Shown piece after piece: positions 1 through 11,123 of a stretch of 64,000 bases of DNA; the stretch's first letter is position 1, and every line of letters begins with the position of its first letter. A program made the translations under genes and the position numbers. This stretch comes from an uncultured bacterium (GTDB taxonomy: Bacteria > Schekmanbacteria > GWA2-38-11 > J061), in contig CAZJVM010000003.1 of the NCBI GenBank assembly GCA_964549305.1, positions 1 through 64,000 on the forward strand, in the 5' to 3' direction. The notes under the pieces are model-generated. The model saw nothing but the letters and a program-made list of their open reading frames with translations. It was not told where the DNA came from and ran no database searches.

Positions 1-1
1 A

Positions 2-268
2 GAAAAGGTTGATTTGATAGTTGAGGCAACGGGAAAAATTCTGGGTATGGGCTTTTTGATTTTTTATCCAACGTGCCTTAAAAGATCTCTTGTCCTTTAT
101 CATTTTTTAAGGAAAGCCGGGATTAATACAGTGATATACTTTGCCATAAGAAAGAAAAACGACGTTCTCGACGGGCATTGCTGGATTACGAAAAACGGAA
201 AAAGAATATACGATAACCTTGAAAGCGTGGATGATTTTACCGTTACATTTTCCTATCCGCCCGAATAA
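2..268 (+). CDS. Lasso peptide biosynthesis B2 / transglutaminase-like cysteine protease (5'-truncated by window edge)
   Basis: Frame is open from position 2. TCLKRSLVL...GHCWI...IYD gives the Cys-His-Asp arrangement typical of the lasso B2 (Transglut_core3) family. Confidence 0.75.
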   Translation, partial: EKVDLIVEATGKILGMGFLIFYPTCLKRSLVLYHFLRKAGINTVIYFAIRKKNDVLDGHCWITKNGKRIYDNLESVDDFTVTFSYPPE

Positions 269-283
269 GCGAAATTTTTTCGG

Positions 284-919
284 TCAGTCTTTTGAGCGTA
301 TTACGAGAAGAAGTCCTGAGTCTATTTTAATGGAAACCTTGTCTTGCGTCGCTTCGTTGCTTATTCCGTAAGGTCGGCCGATTTCCATACGCCCTTCGTC
401 AAGGGGATATTTAAGCCCTGTCGTTTTTATTCCCGTAACCATTTCGCTTAAAGGCAGGAGTGAGAAAATATCACCTTTCCCCGTTTCGAAATCCGAATAA
501 TCGTTTACCAGGGAAATGATATTGTTGGAATCGATTATCGATGCCTTTACCCCTTTTTGGGCGGTTTTTACGAGAAGATGCATATTTGCAAGCATATGGT
601 CGATTCTCGTTCCCGTACATCCCAGGAATATTATCTCCGGTACCTTGAGAGATAAAGCGATTTCCAAAGCCAATTCAGTGTCGGATTTGTCTTTTTCAGG
701 ACTGTGCCTGATGATTTTGCTTTTTTCAAATAGCGGATTTGCAAGAAGGTTTTTTTCTGCTGAATCAAAATCACCGATGATGTAGTCAGGAGTTAAATTA
801 CAATCCAGGCAGTAGGCGAGTCCACCGTCTGCGCAAATCACAACTGAATCAGACGAAATGTTTTCTTTAATCAATTCAGTGTCATTGATTGTGCCCGCGG
901 AAACGATAATCGCTTTCAT
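284..919 (-). CDS. thiN: Thiamine diphosphokinase
   Basis: CADGG, GDFDS, EKDKSDTELA, GTRIDH, GLKYPL and GISNE motifs; 211 aa. Confidence 0.95.
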   Translation of the reverse strand: MKAIIVSAGTINDTELIKENISSDSVVICADGGLAYCLDCNLTPDYIIGDFDSAEKNLLANPLFEKSKIIRHSPEKDKSDTELALEIALSLKVPEIIFLGCTGTRIDHMLANMHLLVKTAQKGVKASIIDSNNIISLVNDYSDFETGKGDIFSLLPLSEMVTGIKTTGLKYPLDEGRMEIGRPYGISNEATQDKVSIKIDSGLLLVIRSKD

Positions 920-925
920 ACTATT

Positions 926-3232
926 TCACATTCCTTCATTGTATATTTCTTCACGAATTTCGTTAAGGGATTTTTTCTTTTCGTAATCTTCCTTTGAAGG
1001 TTCCGTTCCTTTGATAAAAGAAATTTCAATTGATGACCTGCTCTTTCTCTCAAGGGGTTCGCCCGTTTTCGGGTCAACATTGACCATTACCACTCCCTCA
1101 GGTTTTTTAAAACTTCCCGGTGTTTTGTTCCTGTAATAGTTTTCCGTGAAGTTTTTCCATACAGGTCCCGCGACTGAACCTCCGGTCTGGCTTTTTCCCA
1201 ATGATATGCTGTTGTCGTCATAACCCACATAAACGCCTGCCGTAAATTCAGGCGTGAATCCCACGAACCACGCATCTTTAAAATCGTTTGTCGTTCCCGT
1301 CTTACCTGCTTCGGGGATTCCTCTTATTCTTACCCTTCTTGCCGTTCCCCTGTTCACGACAAAACTCAGCAGGTTTGTCATTGTATAGGCAACTTCGGCG
1401 CCGATTACCTGTTTTCTTTCCTGAACGCTTTTTTCAAGGGTTTCGCCTTCGTTGTTTTCAATTGAAGTCAGAGCGGTTGGTTCGATTTTTATTCCAAGAT
1501 TCGGGAATACGGTATAAGCGGAAACCACTTCGAGAAGACTTACCGATTCCGCTCCCAATGCAAGAGAAAGGTAAGGATTTAACAAGGTGGTGATTCCCAT
1601 TTTTCTTGCGACGGAAATTACCGGCTTTGTCCCCACTTTTTGAAGAAGTCTTATAGTGGCGAGATTGCGCGATTCCTGTAATGCCTGTTGAAGAGTTATG
1701 AGGCCTTTAAATTTTCCGTCATAATTTTCCGGTTTCCATAAAGTGCCGTCGGGAAGCTCGGAGGTGAAGGGGAGGTCAGGGAGTTTTGTAAGAGCGTTGA
1801 TTTTACGGGACATAATTGCCGCAGTATATATGAACGGTTTGAATGCCGAGCCCGGTTGTCTCCTTGCCTGAAATGCCCGGTTGAATTGGCTTATGAGAAA
1901 GTTTTTTCCCCCGACCATAGCTTTGATGTTACCCGTGGAATTGTCAATAACCATTATTGCGCCGTCAACTTCGTCAAAGTTTTCAATATTCAGTATGTAA
2001 TCACCCTGTTTTGTTATGGTTTTAAGACTCGTAAAAATATGATCGTTCGCGTTGAAATAATTTTTTGGGTCTTCAATTTTGGCCCATTTAAAAGCGGAAG
2101 GCGGCACCGTGCCGGAAACTTTGCCTATGCTTACGCGAAGCGTTCCGTCGTCTTCCACGCTTTCAATTTTTCCGCAGTAGAGAATATCCTTTTCAAGACG
2201 CCCGGTGTCTGAAAAAGCGCCTTCGTATTGCAATGATTTCTCTTCGGGGACTTTCGAGAATTTTTTTCTCCTTGAATATGCCATTAATCCTCTGTTTAGA
2301 GAATGTCTTGCGTAATCCTGCAATTCGAGGTCAAGAGTTGTGTTGATTTTTAATCCGCCCTTATAAAGCAATCTGCTTCCGTATTTTGAGCCGATGTAGT
2401 TTCTGATGTACTCAGAAAAATAGGGGGCTTTGCTTATATTTGAAACTCCCGGTTTCAGCTTTACGGGTATTTTTACAAGTTTTTCAAATTCATCCCTGCT
2501 GATCATTTTTTCTTCGAACATTCTTCGAAGCACATAGTCCCTTCGATTTTTGGAAAGCCCGATGTTGTTATAGGGCGAGTAACGGGTGGGCGCTTTCGGA
2601 AGTCCCGCAAGAAGAGCCGCCTCTTCAACACTGAGGTCTCTTACGTGTTTGTTGAAATAGATAAATGATGCTGTTTCCACGCCGTAGGCACCGCTGCCGA
2701 AATAAAGCTGATTCAGATAAAGCTCCAAAATTTCATTCTTTGTAAATTGCCGTTCTATCTGAAAGGCAATGAGGGCCTCCTTGATTTTCCTTGTAATTTT
2801 TCTTTCCGGAGAAAGGAAAAGCACCTTTGAAAGCTGTTGGGTAATTGTGCTTCCTCCCTGTCTCACTCTGCCTGCAAAGATGTTATAGAAGGCGGCGCGC
2901 GTTATTCCCTTGATATCCACTCCGAAGTGATTGTAGAAATTGCTGTCTTCCACGGCAATTACGGCGTTTATAAGTGATTGGGGAATTTCGTCGAAGTCGA
3001 TTACCATTCTGCGTTTAATGTAAAACTCGGCAAAAAGTTCACCTTTTGATGAATATAATTGGGCGACCTTATCGGGCTCGAATTGGCTAAGCTTGTCTAT
3101 GGCAGGAAGGTCGCGGAAATTAGACGCGATTACGCCGCCGAGGACTCCGAATGAAAGAGAAAAAAGCGTGCAGGCGATTATAAAAATAATTTTAAAAAAT
3201 GATTCCGGAGAAGTTTCTTTTTTCTTCTTCAA
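926..3232 (-). CDS. mrcA: Penicillin-binding protein 1A (bifunctional transglycosylase/transpeptidase)
   Basis: N-terminal TM; GT51 motifs EDSNFYNHFG and GGSTITQQL; transpeptidase motifs SAFK, SRN and KTGT. Confidence 0.95.
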   Translation of the reverse strand: MKKKKETSPESFFKIIFIIACTLFSLSFGVLGGVIASNFRDLPAIDKLSQFEPDKVAQLYSSKGELFAEFYIKRRMVIDFDEIPQSLINAVIAVEDSNFYNHFGVDIKGITRAAFYNIFAGRVRQGGSTITQQLSKVLFLSPERKITRKIKEALIAFQIERQFTKNEILELYLNQLYFGSGAYGVETASFIYFNKHVRDLSVEEAALLAGLPKAPTRYSPYNNIGLSKNRRDYVLRRMFEEKMISRDEFEKLVKIPVKLKPGVSNISKAPYFSEYIRNYIGSKYGSRLLYKGGLKINTTLDLELQDYARHSLNRGLMAYSRRKKFSKVPEEKSLQYEGAFSDTGRLEKDILYCGKIESVEDDGTLRVSIGKVSGTVPPSAFKWAKIEDPKNYFNANDHIFTSLKTITKQGDYILNIENFDEVDGAIMVIDNSTGNIKAMVGGKNFLISQFNRAFQARRQPGSAFKPFIYTAAIMSRKINALTKLPDLPFTSELPDGTLWKPENYDGKFKGLITLQQALQESRNLATIRLLQKVGTKPVISVARKMGITTLLNPYLSLALGAESVSLLEVVSAYTVFPNLGIKIEPTALTSIENNEGETLEKSVQERKQVIGAEVAYTMTNLLSFVVNRGTARRVRIRGIPEAGKTGTTNDFKDAWFVGFTPEFTAGVYVGYDDNSISLGKSQTGGSVAGPVWKNFTENYYRNKTPGSFKKPEGVVMVNVDPKTGEPLERKSRSSIEISFIKGTEPSKEDYEKKKSLNEIREEIYNEGM

Positions 3233-3418
3233 ATTATTCCAATTATTATGTTTGTTAAAGGAGCGGGAAAGACCCCACGAGATATAAATTAACAGTATTT
3301 TTGCAGAATTGCCACAGAGAAATATATCCGCTGCTATGGACGTAATTCAAGACCGAAGATAAAAAAACCCCAAAGAATGCCACTGCAAAAAGGTTTATAC
3401 AAAAAAGCTATTTGGAAT

Positions 3419-4582
3419 TTATCCTTCCCACAGCGGGGACATACTTCTGAGCTTTTCAACTATCGGAGGAAGAGTTTCGATTACATAATCTATGTCCTCT
3501 TCGGTGGTGTATCTTCCGAAGCTGAATCGAAGCGAACTTTGGGCAAATTCGATAGGGGTCTTTATGGCTTTCAACACGTGAGAGGGTTCCGTTGAGCCCG
3601 ATGAACACGCAGAGCCAGTTGATACGGCAATGCCTTTAAGGTCGAGATTTATCAGCATCGCTTCCCCCTCGATTCCGGAAAACCCCACATTCAGGGTTGT
3701 GGAGAGACAATTATTTTCAGGGTTGTTTATTCTGAGTTTCGGTATCCTTTTCCAAAGGCCCGACTTCAGTTTATCCTTTATTTTGTTGAGATGAGCGTTC
3801 TTGCTTTCCATATCGCGATGACTAATTTCACAGGCTTTGGCCAAAGCGACAATTCCGGCGATATTTTCGGTGCCCGCTCTTCTGGATGTTTCCTGATGCC
3901 CGCCGTGTATAATTCCTTCCATTTGGGTGCCTTTTTTGATGTATAGAACGCCGATTCCTTTGGGGGCATAGAGTTTGTGGGCAGACATTGAGAGAAGGTC
4001 AATATTGTCCTTTTCAACGTCTATTATAAGTTTTCCGATTGTCTGTACGGCGTCGGTGTGGAATACCACTCCTTTTTCGCGGGCTATTTCTCCGATTTTT
4101 CTTATGTCCTGAATGGTACCGATTTCATTATTGCCGTGCATAATGCTGATGATTGCCGTTTCATCGGTAATGCTTTTTTTAAGCTCTTCGAAATCAATCC
4201 TGCCGTCACCGTCAACTGAAAGATATGTAACCTTGTATCCCTTTGCCCCGAGATATTCACATGTTTCGAGAACTGAGGGGTGCTCTATGGATGAAGTGAT
4301 AATGTGTTTTTTGCCTTCCTTTTCGGATTTGCTTAAAACACCTTTCAGCGCGAAATTGTTGGATTCCGAACCGCAGCTTGTAAAAACTATTTCCCCGGGG
4401 GAAGCATTAATCGTTTTTGCGACCATATCTCTCGCGTTTTCAAGTGCTTCCCTCACAGGGCGTCCGAACGAATGAACACTTGAAGGATTGCCGAAAAAAT
4501 CTTTGTAAAAGGGAAGAAGCGCTTCAAGGACTTCTTCGTGGACAGGTGTCGTTGCGTTGTAATCAAGATAGATTTGCTTCAA
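3419..4582 (-). CDS. iscS: Cysteine desulfurase (NifS/IscS type)
   Basis: YLDYNATTP, HTDAVQ, SAHK (PLP Lys) and GSACSS (catalytic Cys). GGAGG Shine-Dalgarno upstream of the TTG start. Confidence 0.93.
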   Translation of the reverse strand: MKQIYLDYNATTPVHEEVLEALLPFYKDFFGNPSSVHSFGRPVREALENARDMVAKTINASPGEIVFTSCGSESNNFALKGVLSKSEKEGKKHIITSSIEHPSVLETCEYLGAKGYKVTYLSVDGDGRIDFEELKKSITDETAIISIMHGNNEIGTIQDIRKIGEIAREKGVVFHTDAVQTIGKLIIDVEKDNIDLLSMSAHKLYAPKGIGVLYIKKGTQMEGIIHGGHQETSRRAGTENIAGIVALAKACEISHRDMESKNAHLNKIKDKLKSGLWKRIPKLRINNPENNCLSTTLNVGFSGIEGEAMLINLDLKGIAVSTGSACSSGSTEPSHVLKAIKTPIEFAQSSLRFSFGRYTTEEDIDYVIETLPPIVEKLRSMSPLWEG

Positions 4583-4611
4583 TTGAAAATACCTCCGGAA
4601 TATATATTATT

Positions 4612-5079
4612 TTATATGTCAAAAATATAGTTGTGGTCCAGTTTTGTCTGTTTCCTGTTTCCTTCTGCCTCCTTGAGAAGGTCTGATATGCTGATTGAAT
4701 CAAGGAGGTTGTTTATAGTCAATCCCAGTTTCTTCCATAAAATGCGTGAGAGACATTCATCTGACATTGTGCAGTCTTTGGGCTTTCCTGCACCCGTTTC
4801 AAGGCATAAAACAGGAGCGAGAGATACTCCAAGTGACTGAATTATTTCTTTAATTGTTATTTTATCAGGGTCCTTTGCCAGCATATAACCGCCTTTTGGT
4901 CCTCTTATGCTCTTTACTATTCCGGCTTTTCGCATTTTGCCGAAAATCTGCTCAAGATAATTGAGAGGTATATTCTGCCTCTTTGATATTATTGAAAGAG
5001 GTATTGACACTCCTCTTGTCTGCTGTGCAAGGTCAAGCAGTGCCTTTACGGCGTAATATCCTTTTGAAGAAATTTTCAT
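4612..5079 (-). CDS. Rrf2-family transcriptional regulator (IscR-like); start moved to ATG 5079
   Basis: MKISSKGYYAV, YLEQIF, SIRGPKGGY; three C-terminal Cys (C-x10-C-x5-C); directly upstream of the cysteine desulfurase. Confidence 0.9.
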   Translation of the reverse strand: MKISSKGYYAVKALLDLAQQTRGVSIPLSIISKRQNIPLNYLEQIFGKMRKAGIVKSIRGPKGGYMLAKDPDKITIKEIIQSLGVSLAPVLCLETGAGKPKDCTMSDECLSRILWKKLGLTINNLLDSISISDLLKEAEGNRKQTKLDHNYIFDI

Positions 5080-5094
5080 AAGGGAGAAATAAGT

Positions 5095-5119
5095 ATATAT
5101 TATTAAATTTGTCAAGAAT
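5095..5119 (-). promoter_or_regulatory. Candidate Rrf2/IscR autoregulatory operator overlapping a TTGACA -35 element
   Basis: Minus strand ATTCTTGACAAATTTAATAATATAT matches 19/25 positions of the IscR type-1 consensus ATASYYGACTRWWWYAGTCRRSTAT as recalled; it ends ~15 bp before the Rrf2 ATG. AT-rich background weakens the match. Confidence 0.4.
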
Positions 5120-5306
5120 ATTCAGAAAGGGATATCACAAAAATTGCTATTTTGACGTATTGTAAAATGCTTATGCATTCACAGAGGAAAGAGGTGAAAT
5201 ATTTTAAAAAAAGTATAGTATTGCATCCTGTCTTTATAGTATTCTTATTGAATATATGCGTTTTTAGTGATAAATATTTTACAGCAGGACAAACAGGGTT
5301 TATTTA

Positions 5307-6869
5307 ATGGCTAGAAAAATATTAGGCATTGACATAGGGGATTCTTCAATCAAATTTGTACAGGTTGAGAAACCTTTGAGAGGTAATGCCACCATAAGGG
5401 CGATTGAGAAGAAAAATCCCATATCGGAGAATGGAAATAAACCTGAAATATCGTTGCTAATAAAAGAATCTCTTGAGGAATATCAGTTGTTTTCAGACGA
5501 TTACACCGTTTCCATCCCTTCCGGAAAAACCCTTGTAAGAGAAGTTAACCTTCCCTTCAGGGAAAGGTCAAAAATCGAAAAAATAATTAAATTCAATATT
5601 GAACAGAATATTCCTTTCCAACCTGATGAAATTATAGCCGATTTTGAGATAAAGAAGAGTTCTTCGGGAAAAAATAATGTAGTTGCCTACATAGTTAAGA
5701 AAAATGATATCAAAAAATATCTCGAGATTTTCGAAAGCGCGGGAATCGAACCGAAAGTGATCACCTTTTCTCCTTACTGCATCGGGAAAATATTAAAAAA
5801 TAAAGATATCAGCGATGATGAGGTTTTTGCAATTCTCCATATAGAAAGCCATTCCGCGTCGGTGACAGTTTACAATGAGGGGGTGCCCTGTTTTTTCAGG
5901 AAATTCGAGTCTGCGTTGAATTCTTCTATTGAGAAAATAGCGCAAAGTAAAAATATTTCTTTTGATGACGCGCAGAAACTGTTCTTGTCTTCGGAAAGCG
6001 CGGAATCTTCCGAATCCGAAGAGGTTGGGAAAATAGTTGAGCAGTTGGCTGAAAAAATTTCTTCAGATGTGCTTGTATCGCTCGCGTCTTATGAATCAAA
6101 ACATTCCGATCAAAAGATAAGCCGAATTTTTGTCTCCGGAGAGGGCGCTTCCGTGATGATGTTAAAGGAGAAAATTCGTGAGTTTACGGCAATCCCGGCA
6201 GAATTGGTTGACTGTCTTCCCGCATTTGAATATTCAAGTCCTGATGACAACCCGAAAAAACCGCTTTTCAATAACGCGATTGCCTCCGCGTTGGTAGAAC
6301 TCCCCTTTAGCAGGAGAAAACTGAATTTCAGGAAAGAGGAGTTCTCATATGAGTGGATTGACGAAAAATTTAAGAAGAGAATAAAAAATGTTCTCATATT
6401 GTCTGCAGTGATTTTCGTTCTCTTTTGCGTAAATTCGGCTTTTTCGCTTTTTCAGCATAAGAGTAAAAACACCGAGATTGAGAAAAAGGTTGAAACCCTT
6501 TATCGCTCCATGGTTCCTCAGGGGAAAGTTGTTAACGCGATAGTGCAGGCACGACAGCGTCTCGATGAGGTAAAGGAAAAGTCTGATAGCTTTAAAGATG
6601 TTTCGGACAAGGGAATATCTTCTCTTGAAGTGCTCAATGCCCTGAGTGTTAATATTGAAAAGGATTGGACCATAACGTTGGAAGGTTTGGAAATGCAGGG
6701 GAAAAGAATAGATTTGAAGGGAAGGGGAAGAAGCGTTGATGAGTTTGAAAAATACAAAAAGAACCTTCTTGAGTCAGAAATATTTGAAAGCGCGGAAATC
6801 AGAAAGATTGACAAGGATAATAGCGGTAAATTATCGAGTTTCAAAATGGAACTTAAATTAAATAAGTGA
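5307..6869 (+). CDS. Type II secretion GspL / fused PilM-PilN-like protein
   Basis: N-terminal actin-like LGIDIGDSSIK, later VSGEGA, then LNFRKEEF, a single TM and a periplasmic domain, as in GspL. Confidence 0.75.
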   Translation: MARKILGIDIGDSSIKFVQVEKPLRGNATIRAIEKKNPISENGNKPEISLLIKESLEEYQLFSDDYTVSIPSGKTLVREVNLPFRERSKIEKIIKFNIEQNIPFQPDEIIADFEIKKSSSGKNNVVAYIVKKNDIKKYLEIFESAGIEPKVITFSPYCIGKILKNKDISDDEVFAILHIESHSASVTVYNEGVPCFFRKFESALNSSIEKIAQSKNISFDDAQKLFLSSESAESSESEEVGKIVEQLAEKISSDVLVSLASYESKHSDQKISRIFVSGEGASVMMLKEKIREFTAIPAELVDCLPAFEYSSPDDNPKKPLFNNAIASALVELPFSRRKLNFRKEEFSYEWIDEKFKKRIKNVLILSAVIFVLFCVNSAFSLFQHKSKNTEIEKKVETLYRSMVPQGKVVNAIVQARQRLDEVKEKSDSFKDVSDKGISSLEVLNALSVNIEKDWTITLEGLEMQGKRIDLKGRGRSVDEFEKYKKNLLESEIFESAEIRKIDKDNSGKLSSFKMELKLNK

Positions 6870-6873
6870 GAAA

Positions 6874-7422
6874 ATGGATATCCTTAAGAAAATAAAGCCC
6901 GCGGAACTTTCCGAAAGGGATTCTCTTATTATTACCGTGGGCGCAATTACAATTTCTCTCATAGTGCTTTACCTGCTTCTTTCATTCTTTATTTTTTCGC
7001 CACTTGCACAGGAAAAAGTGAGATACAAAAAAAATGCAGAAACCCTTAACGAACTTGAAAAAATTAAGAGAGAGTTCGATGTGGAGAACGGGAAATATAT
7101 AAAATTTATTTCATCGCTTCCTCCCAGGGGTACTGACATCTCTTCAATGGTGTTGAGAGTTGCGCGCGGTGCTAAAATAGAAAACAATATAGGGAATATG
7201 AAACCTCTTTCAAGGAAGGTCGATGAGTTCAGGGAACTTTCATTAAAGTTTACCGTTGACGCAATAAATACGGAAGAATTGGTGGATTTTCTTTATAAGC
7301 TTGAGAATGACAGAAGGTTTATGTTCATAAGCAAAATTGACCTTGAACCGAGGTCTTCCGAAGGTTTGAGATTTTTAAAAGCGACATTAAACGTTAAAAC
7401 TTATACTGAGGAGAAAAACTAA
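6874..7422 (+). CDS. GspM/PilO-like inner-membrane platform protein
   Basis: LSERD, one TM, coiled coil and ELVDFLYKLE-type C-terminal domain; 4 bp after the GspL-like gene. Confidence 0.7.
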   Translation: MDILKKIKPAELSERDSLIITVGAITISLIVLYLLLSFFIFSPLAQEKVRYKKNAETLNELEKIKREFDVENGKYIKFISSLPPRGTDISSMVLRVARGAKIENNIGNMKPLSRKVDEFRELSLKFTVDAINTEELVDFLYKLENDRRFMFISKIDLEPRSSEGLRFLKATLNVKTYTEEKN

Positions 7423-8448
<1,026 letters not shown>

Positions 8449-8567
8449 TTTCATTTTCGGCAGATGCTTTGGTTGCGGATGTTCTTCTTATGCCTTAAAA
8501 CTGTTGAAAAAAAATGAAGACGGAAAAGCGATAAAAGTGTTTCATCAAAGAATTCTTTCCTGAGTTT

Positions 8568-9383
8568 ATGATTAATTTTTTTTTAAAATACAAAAAACTG
8601 TCACTTCTTTTAGCGCTTGTCCTCATTCTCTTTATGGCTAATTATTCAGGTGTAATCTCCTTCTCTTCGACTGCGGTAAAAATAGGATGGTTTACGAGGG
8701 GAGTATTCGGCTGGATATCATACGCCGGCAATTACATATACAAACTTCCTCAAAGTTACAGAGAGGATGAGACGGCTAAAATAAACGAAAACAGGGATGC
8801 GTTAAACAGAGCATATTACCAAAACGTGGCAGAGGAAAATGAGCGTTTAAGAGAAATACTCAAAATGCCCGTGCGCGAGTCGTTAAAGCCTATTGGTGCA
8901 AAGGTGCTTATGTCGGGCATAACATCTCACGCCCGCACGATATTTATTGACAGGGGGACAAGTGATGGTGTGAAAGAAGGTTTTCCGGTAGTTTTTGAAG
9001 ATAAAATCGTCGGTAAGATTAAAAAAGCGTCTTCATATACGTCTCTCGTTTATCTCATCACTCATCCCGATATTGCTGTTGATGTTACCATTGCAGGCAA
9101 AGATGTACGCGGAGTTTTCAGAGGAGGCATAAAACCAATCGTTGATTATGTCGATGTTGAAACTGAAGTGTCGCAAGGCGATTTGCTCTATTCTTCAGGG
9201 AAAGGCGGTATCTATCCCGAAGGATTCAAAGTTGGGGTCATAGAGAAGGTTGACAAGGAAAAGAAGAGTGTTTTTCACTCTATTACCGCGTCAGCCATTA
9301 TAATTCCTAAAAAGCTAAACTACGTATTTATCGTGCCTCCCGTCGGTTTGGATGAAATGAAAGAGGTTTTGGAAGAGAAATGA
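8568..9383 (+). CDS. mreC: Rod shape-determining protein MreC
   Basis: TM, EENERLREIL coiled coil, IDRGTSDGV and SSGKGGIYPEG; follows mreB. Confidence 0.9.
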   Translation: MINFFLKYKKLSLLLALVLILFMANYSGVISFSSTAVKIGWFTRGVFGWISYAGNYIYKLPQSYREDETAKINENRDALNRAYYQNVAEENERLREILKMPVRESLKPIGAKVLMSGITSHARTIFIDRGTSDGVKEGFPVVFEDKIVGKIKKASSYTSLVYLITHPDIAVDVTIAGKDVRGVFRGGIKPIVDYVDVETEVSQGDLLYSSGKGGIYPEGFKVGVIEKVDKEKKSVFHSITASAIIIPKKLNYVFIVPPVGLDEMKEVLEEK

Positions 9384-9892
9384 AATACCTGAAACTCTTT
9401 GCCATTTTGTTTTTTACTTTTATTTTGCAGGGTGCTGTTTTCGGCAATATTGCGGGAGGAGAATTCATCCCCGATTTCCTCTTAATCGTTGTAATTATTC
9501 TTCAGCAATGGCTTGGATGGAAAGAAGGAATTTTTTTTGGTTTTGCCGCAGGCGCGGTAGCAGATGTTTTTTCATTCGGCGAAATAGCTATTTATTCATT
9601 TGTTTATCTGATGGCGACTTTTATTATGCAGTCTGTGCGAGGTTATCTTCAAATTGAAAATATGCTCTTTCAAGCGGGATACTTGATTTTATTCACTTTT
9701 TCCGTTGTCATCGCAAATCTTTTTTATTCCGGATACTTTGCCGTGATTGACTGGGCATCGCTGATGTTTGCATCGAAATCCCTGGCGATTCAGCTTTTCA
9801 TCAACCTCATATCTTTTATCCTCCTCTACTTTCTTTTGATGAATATTTTTCCGGGAAGTTACGGGAAAAGGTCGAAGGCACAAGTAATATAA
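9380..9892 (+). CDS. mreD: Rod shape-determining protein MreD
   Basis: Polytopic hydrophobic 170 aa with PDFLLI and GAVAD; 4-bp overlap with mreC. Confidence 0.85.
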   Translation: MKYLKLFAILFFTFILQGAVFGNIAGGEFIPDFLLIVVIILQQWLGWKEGIFFGFAAGAVADVFSFGEIAIYSFVYLMATFIMQSVRGYLQIENMLFQAGYLILFTFSVVIANLFYSGYFAVIDWASLMFASKSLAIQLFINLISFILLYFLLMNIFPGSYGKRSKAQVI

Positions 9893-9901
9893 ATCCTGGC
9901 G

Positions 9902-11005
9902 CTAACAATCATTGCCTGTTATTTCCGAAATTTCTTTGCGAATATTGCAAAGCAGGGGAAGGTTAAGCAAGTCCTCTATATCATTGTTGTGGGGAAATTC
10001 AGGTTTCGGGAATGCTTTGGTTTTTTGCTTTATCCTTCCTATCCTTTCAAGTGACAAATCAATCGAAGATTCTTCAATTCTCTTTTTCGTTACCGCTTCT
10101 TCAAGGGATTCGATTGCTTCAATCTGTTTATCGCAACTGTGACAGATGAGAAGCATATCCACTCCCGCTTTTACGGAAAGCAGAGTGGATTCATTAATTG
10201 AAAAGTTATCGGAAATAGCTTTCATTTCAAGGTCGTCGGAGATGATAATTCCTTGAAAACCGAGCTTTCCTCTCAGGATTTGCGTGAGAATTTTTTCAGA
10301 GAAGGTCGCGGGTATCGCTTTTTCATCTATCTTTTCATATACGATATGGGCGGGCATTATGGCATCCACATCTGTATCAATCGCTGACACAAAAGGCATT
10401 ATTTCCCTTTTGAGAAGAAAATCGAGAGTGAGTGAAATCACAGGCAATTCTTCGTGAGAGTCTTCAAAGGTGTTTCCGTGTCCGGGAAAGTGCTTCCCTA
10501 CGGCAATTATTCCCGCCGAATGAAGTCCCCTGATTGATTCTGCGCCGAGTTTTGAAACAATTTCAGGATCGTCACCGAAAGCGCGGTCTCCTATGACTCT
10601 GTTTTCGGGATTTGTATTGATATCGAGTACGGGGTGAAAATCAAGGTCAAATCCCGTTGCGGCAAGCTCGAGTGCGATGAGCCGTGATTTCAGATATGCA
10701 AGTTTCCCCGATTTCAATCTGCCGGCAACTGCGTTTGAGGGAAGAGATGTAAAAGGTTTATCAAGCCTGAATACTCTTCCCCCTTCCTGGTCAACGCCGA
10801 TAAGAGGCGCTTCACCCCATTTTTTAAAGGAATAATCCTTGATATCATCAATCAGCTTTTTTAGCTGTCCTGAGCTTTTTATGTTTCTTTTGAAAATGAT
10901 TATTCCGCCGAGAGGGTAGTCTTTGAGCAGTCCTTCTATATCGGCGAAGGATTGTCCCTTGAAACCGGCAAATATCAACCGGCTTATTTTATGTTTCAGT
11001 TTCAT
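9902..11005 (-). CDS. nagZ: Beta-N-acetylhexosaminidase (GH3)
   Basis: VDQEGGRV, KHFPGHG, DSH and ISDDLEM motifs. Confidence 0.95.
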   Translation of the reverse strand: MKLKHKISRLIFAGFKGQSFADIEGLLKDYPLGGIIIFKRNIKSSGQLKKLIDDIKDYSFKKWGEAPLIGVDQEGGRVFRLDKPFTSLPSNAVAGRLKSGKLAYLKSRLIALELAATGFDLDFHPVLDINTNPENRVIGDRAFGDDPEIVSKLGAESIRGLHSAGIIAVGKHFPGHGNTFEDSHEELPVISLTLDFLLKREIMPFVSAIDTDVDAIMPAHIVYEKIDEKAIPATFSEKILTQILRGKLGFQGIIISDDLEMKAISDNFSINESTLLSVKAGVDMLLICHSCDKQIEAIESLEEAVTKKRIEESSIDLSLERIGRIKQKTKAFPKPEFPHNNDIEDLLNLPLLCNIRKEISEITGNDC

Positions 11006-11123
11006 CTCATTTGTCTTTGAATTTGTTTTTCTTGGATACTCTGTTTCTCTATTAGTTTTTGTGGTTATTTTTTAATTTTTTCTCCCCGTCGCCCTTTCAC
11101 CGCGTCTCCGCGTCCGGGAAACT

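Noticed and set aside
11080-11120. GC-rich patch with short CGCGTC(TC) repeats between nagZ and the DppC-like gene
   Set aside because: Only two short units and no strong hairpin; too little to call a repeat family or terminator.
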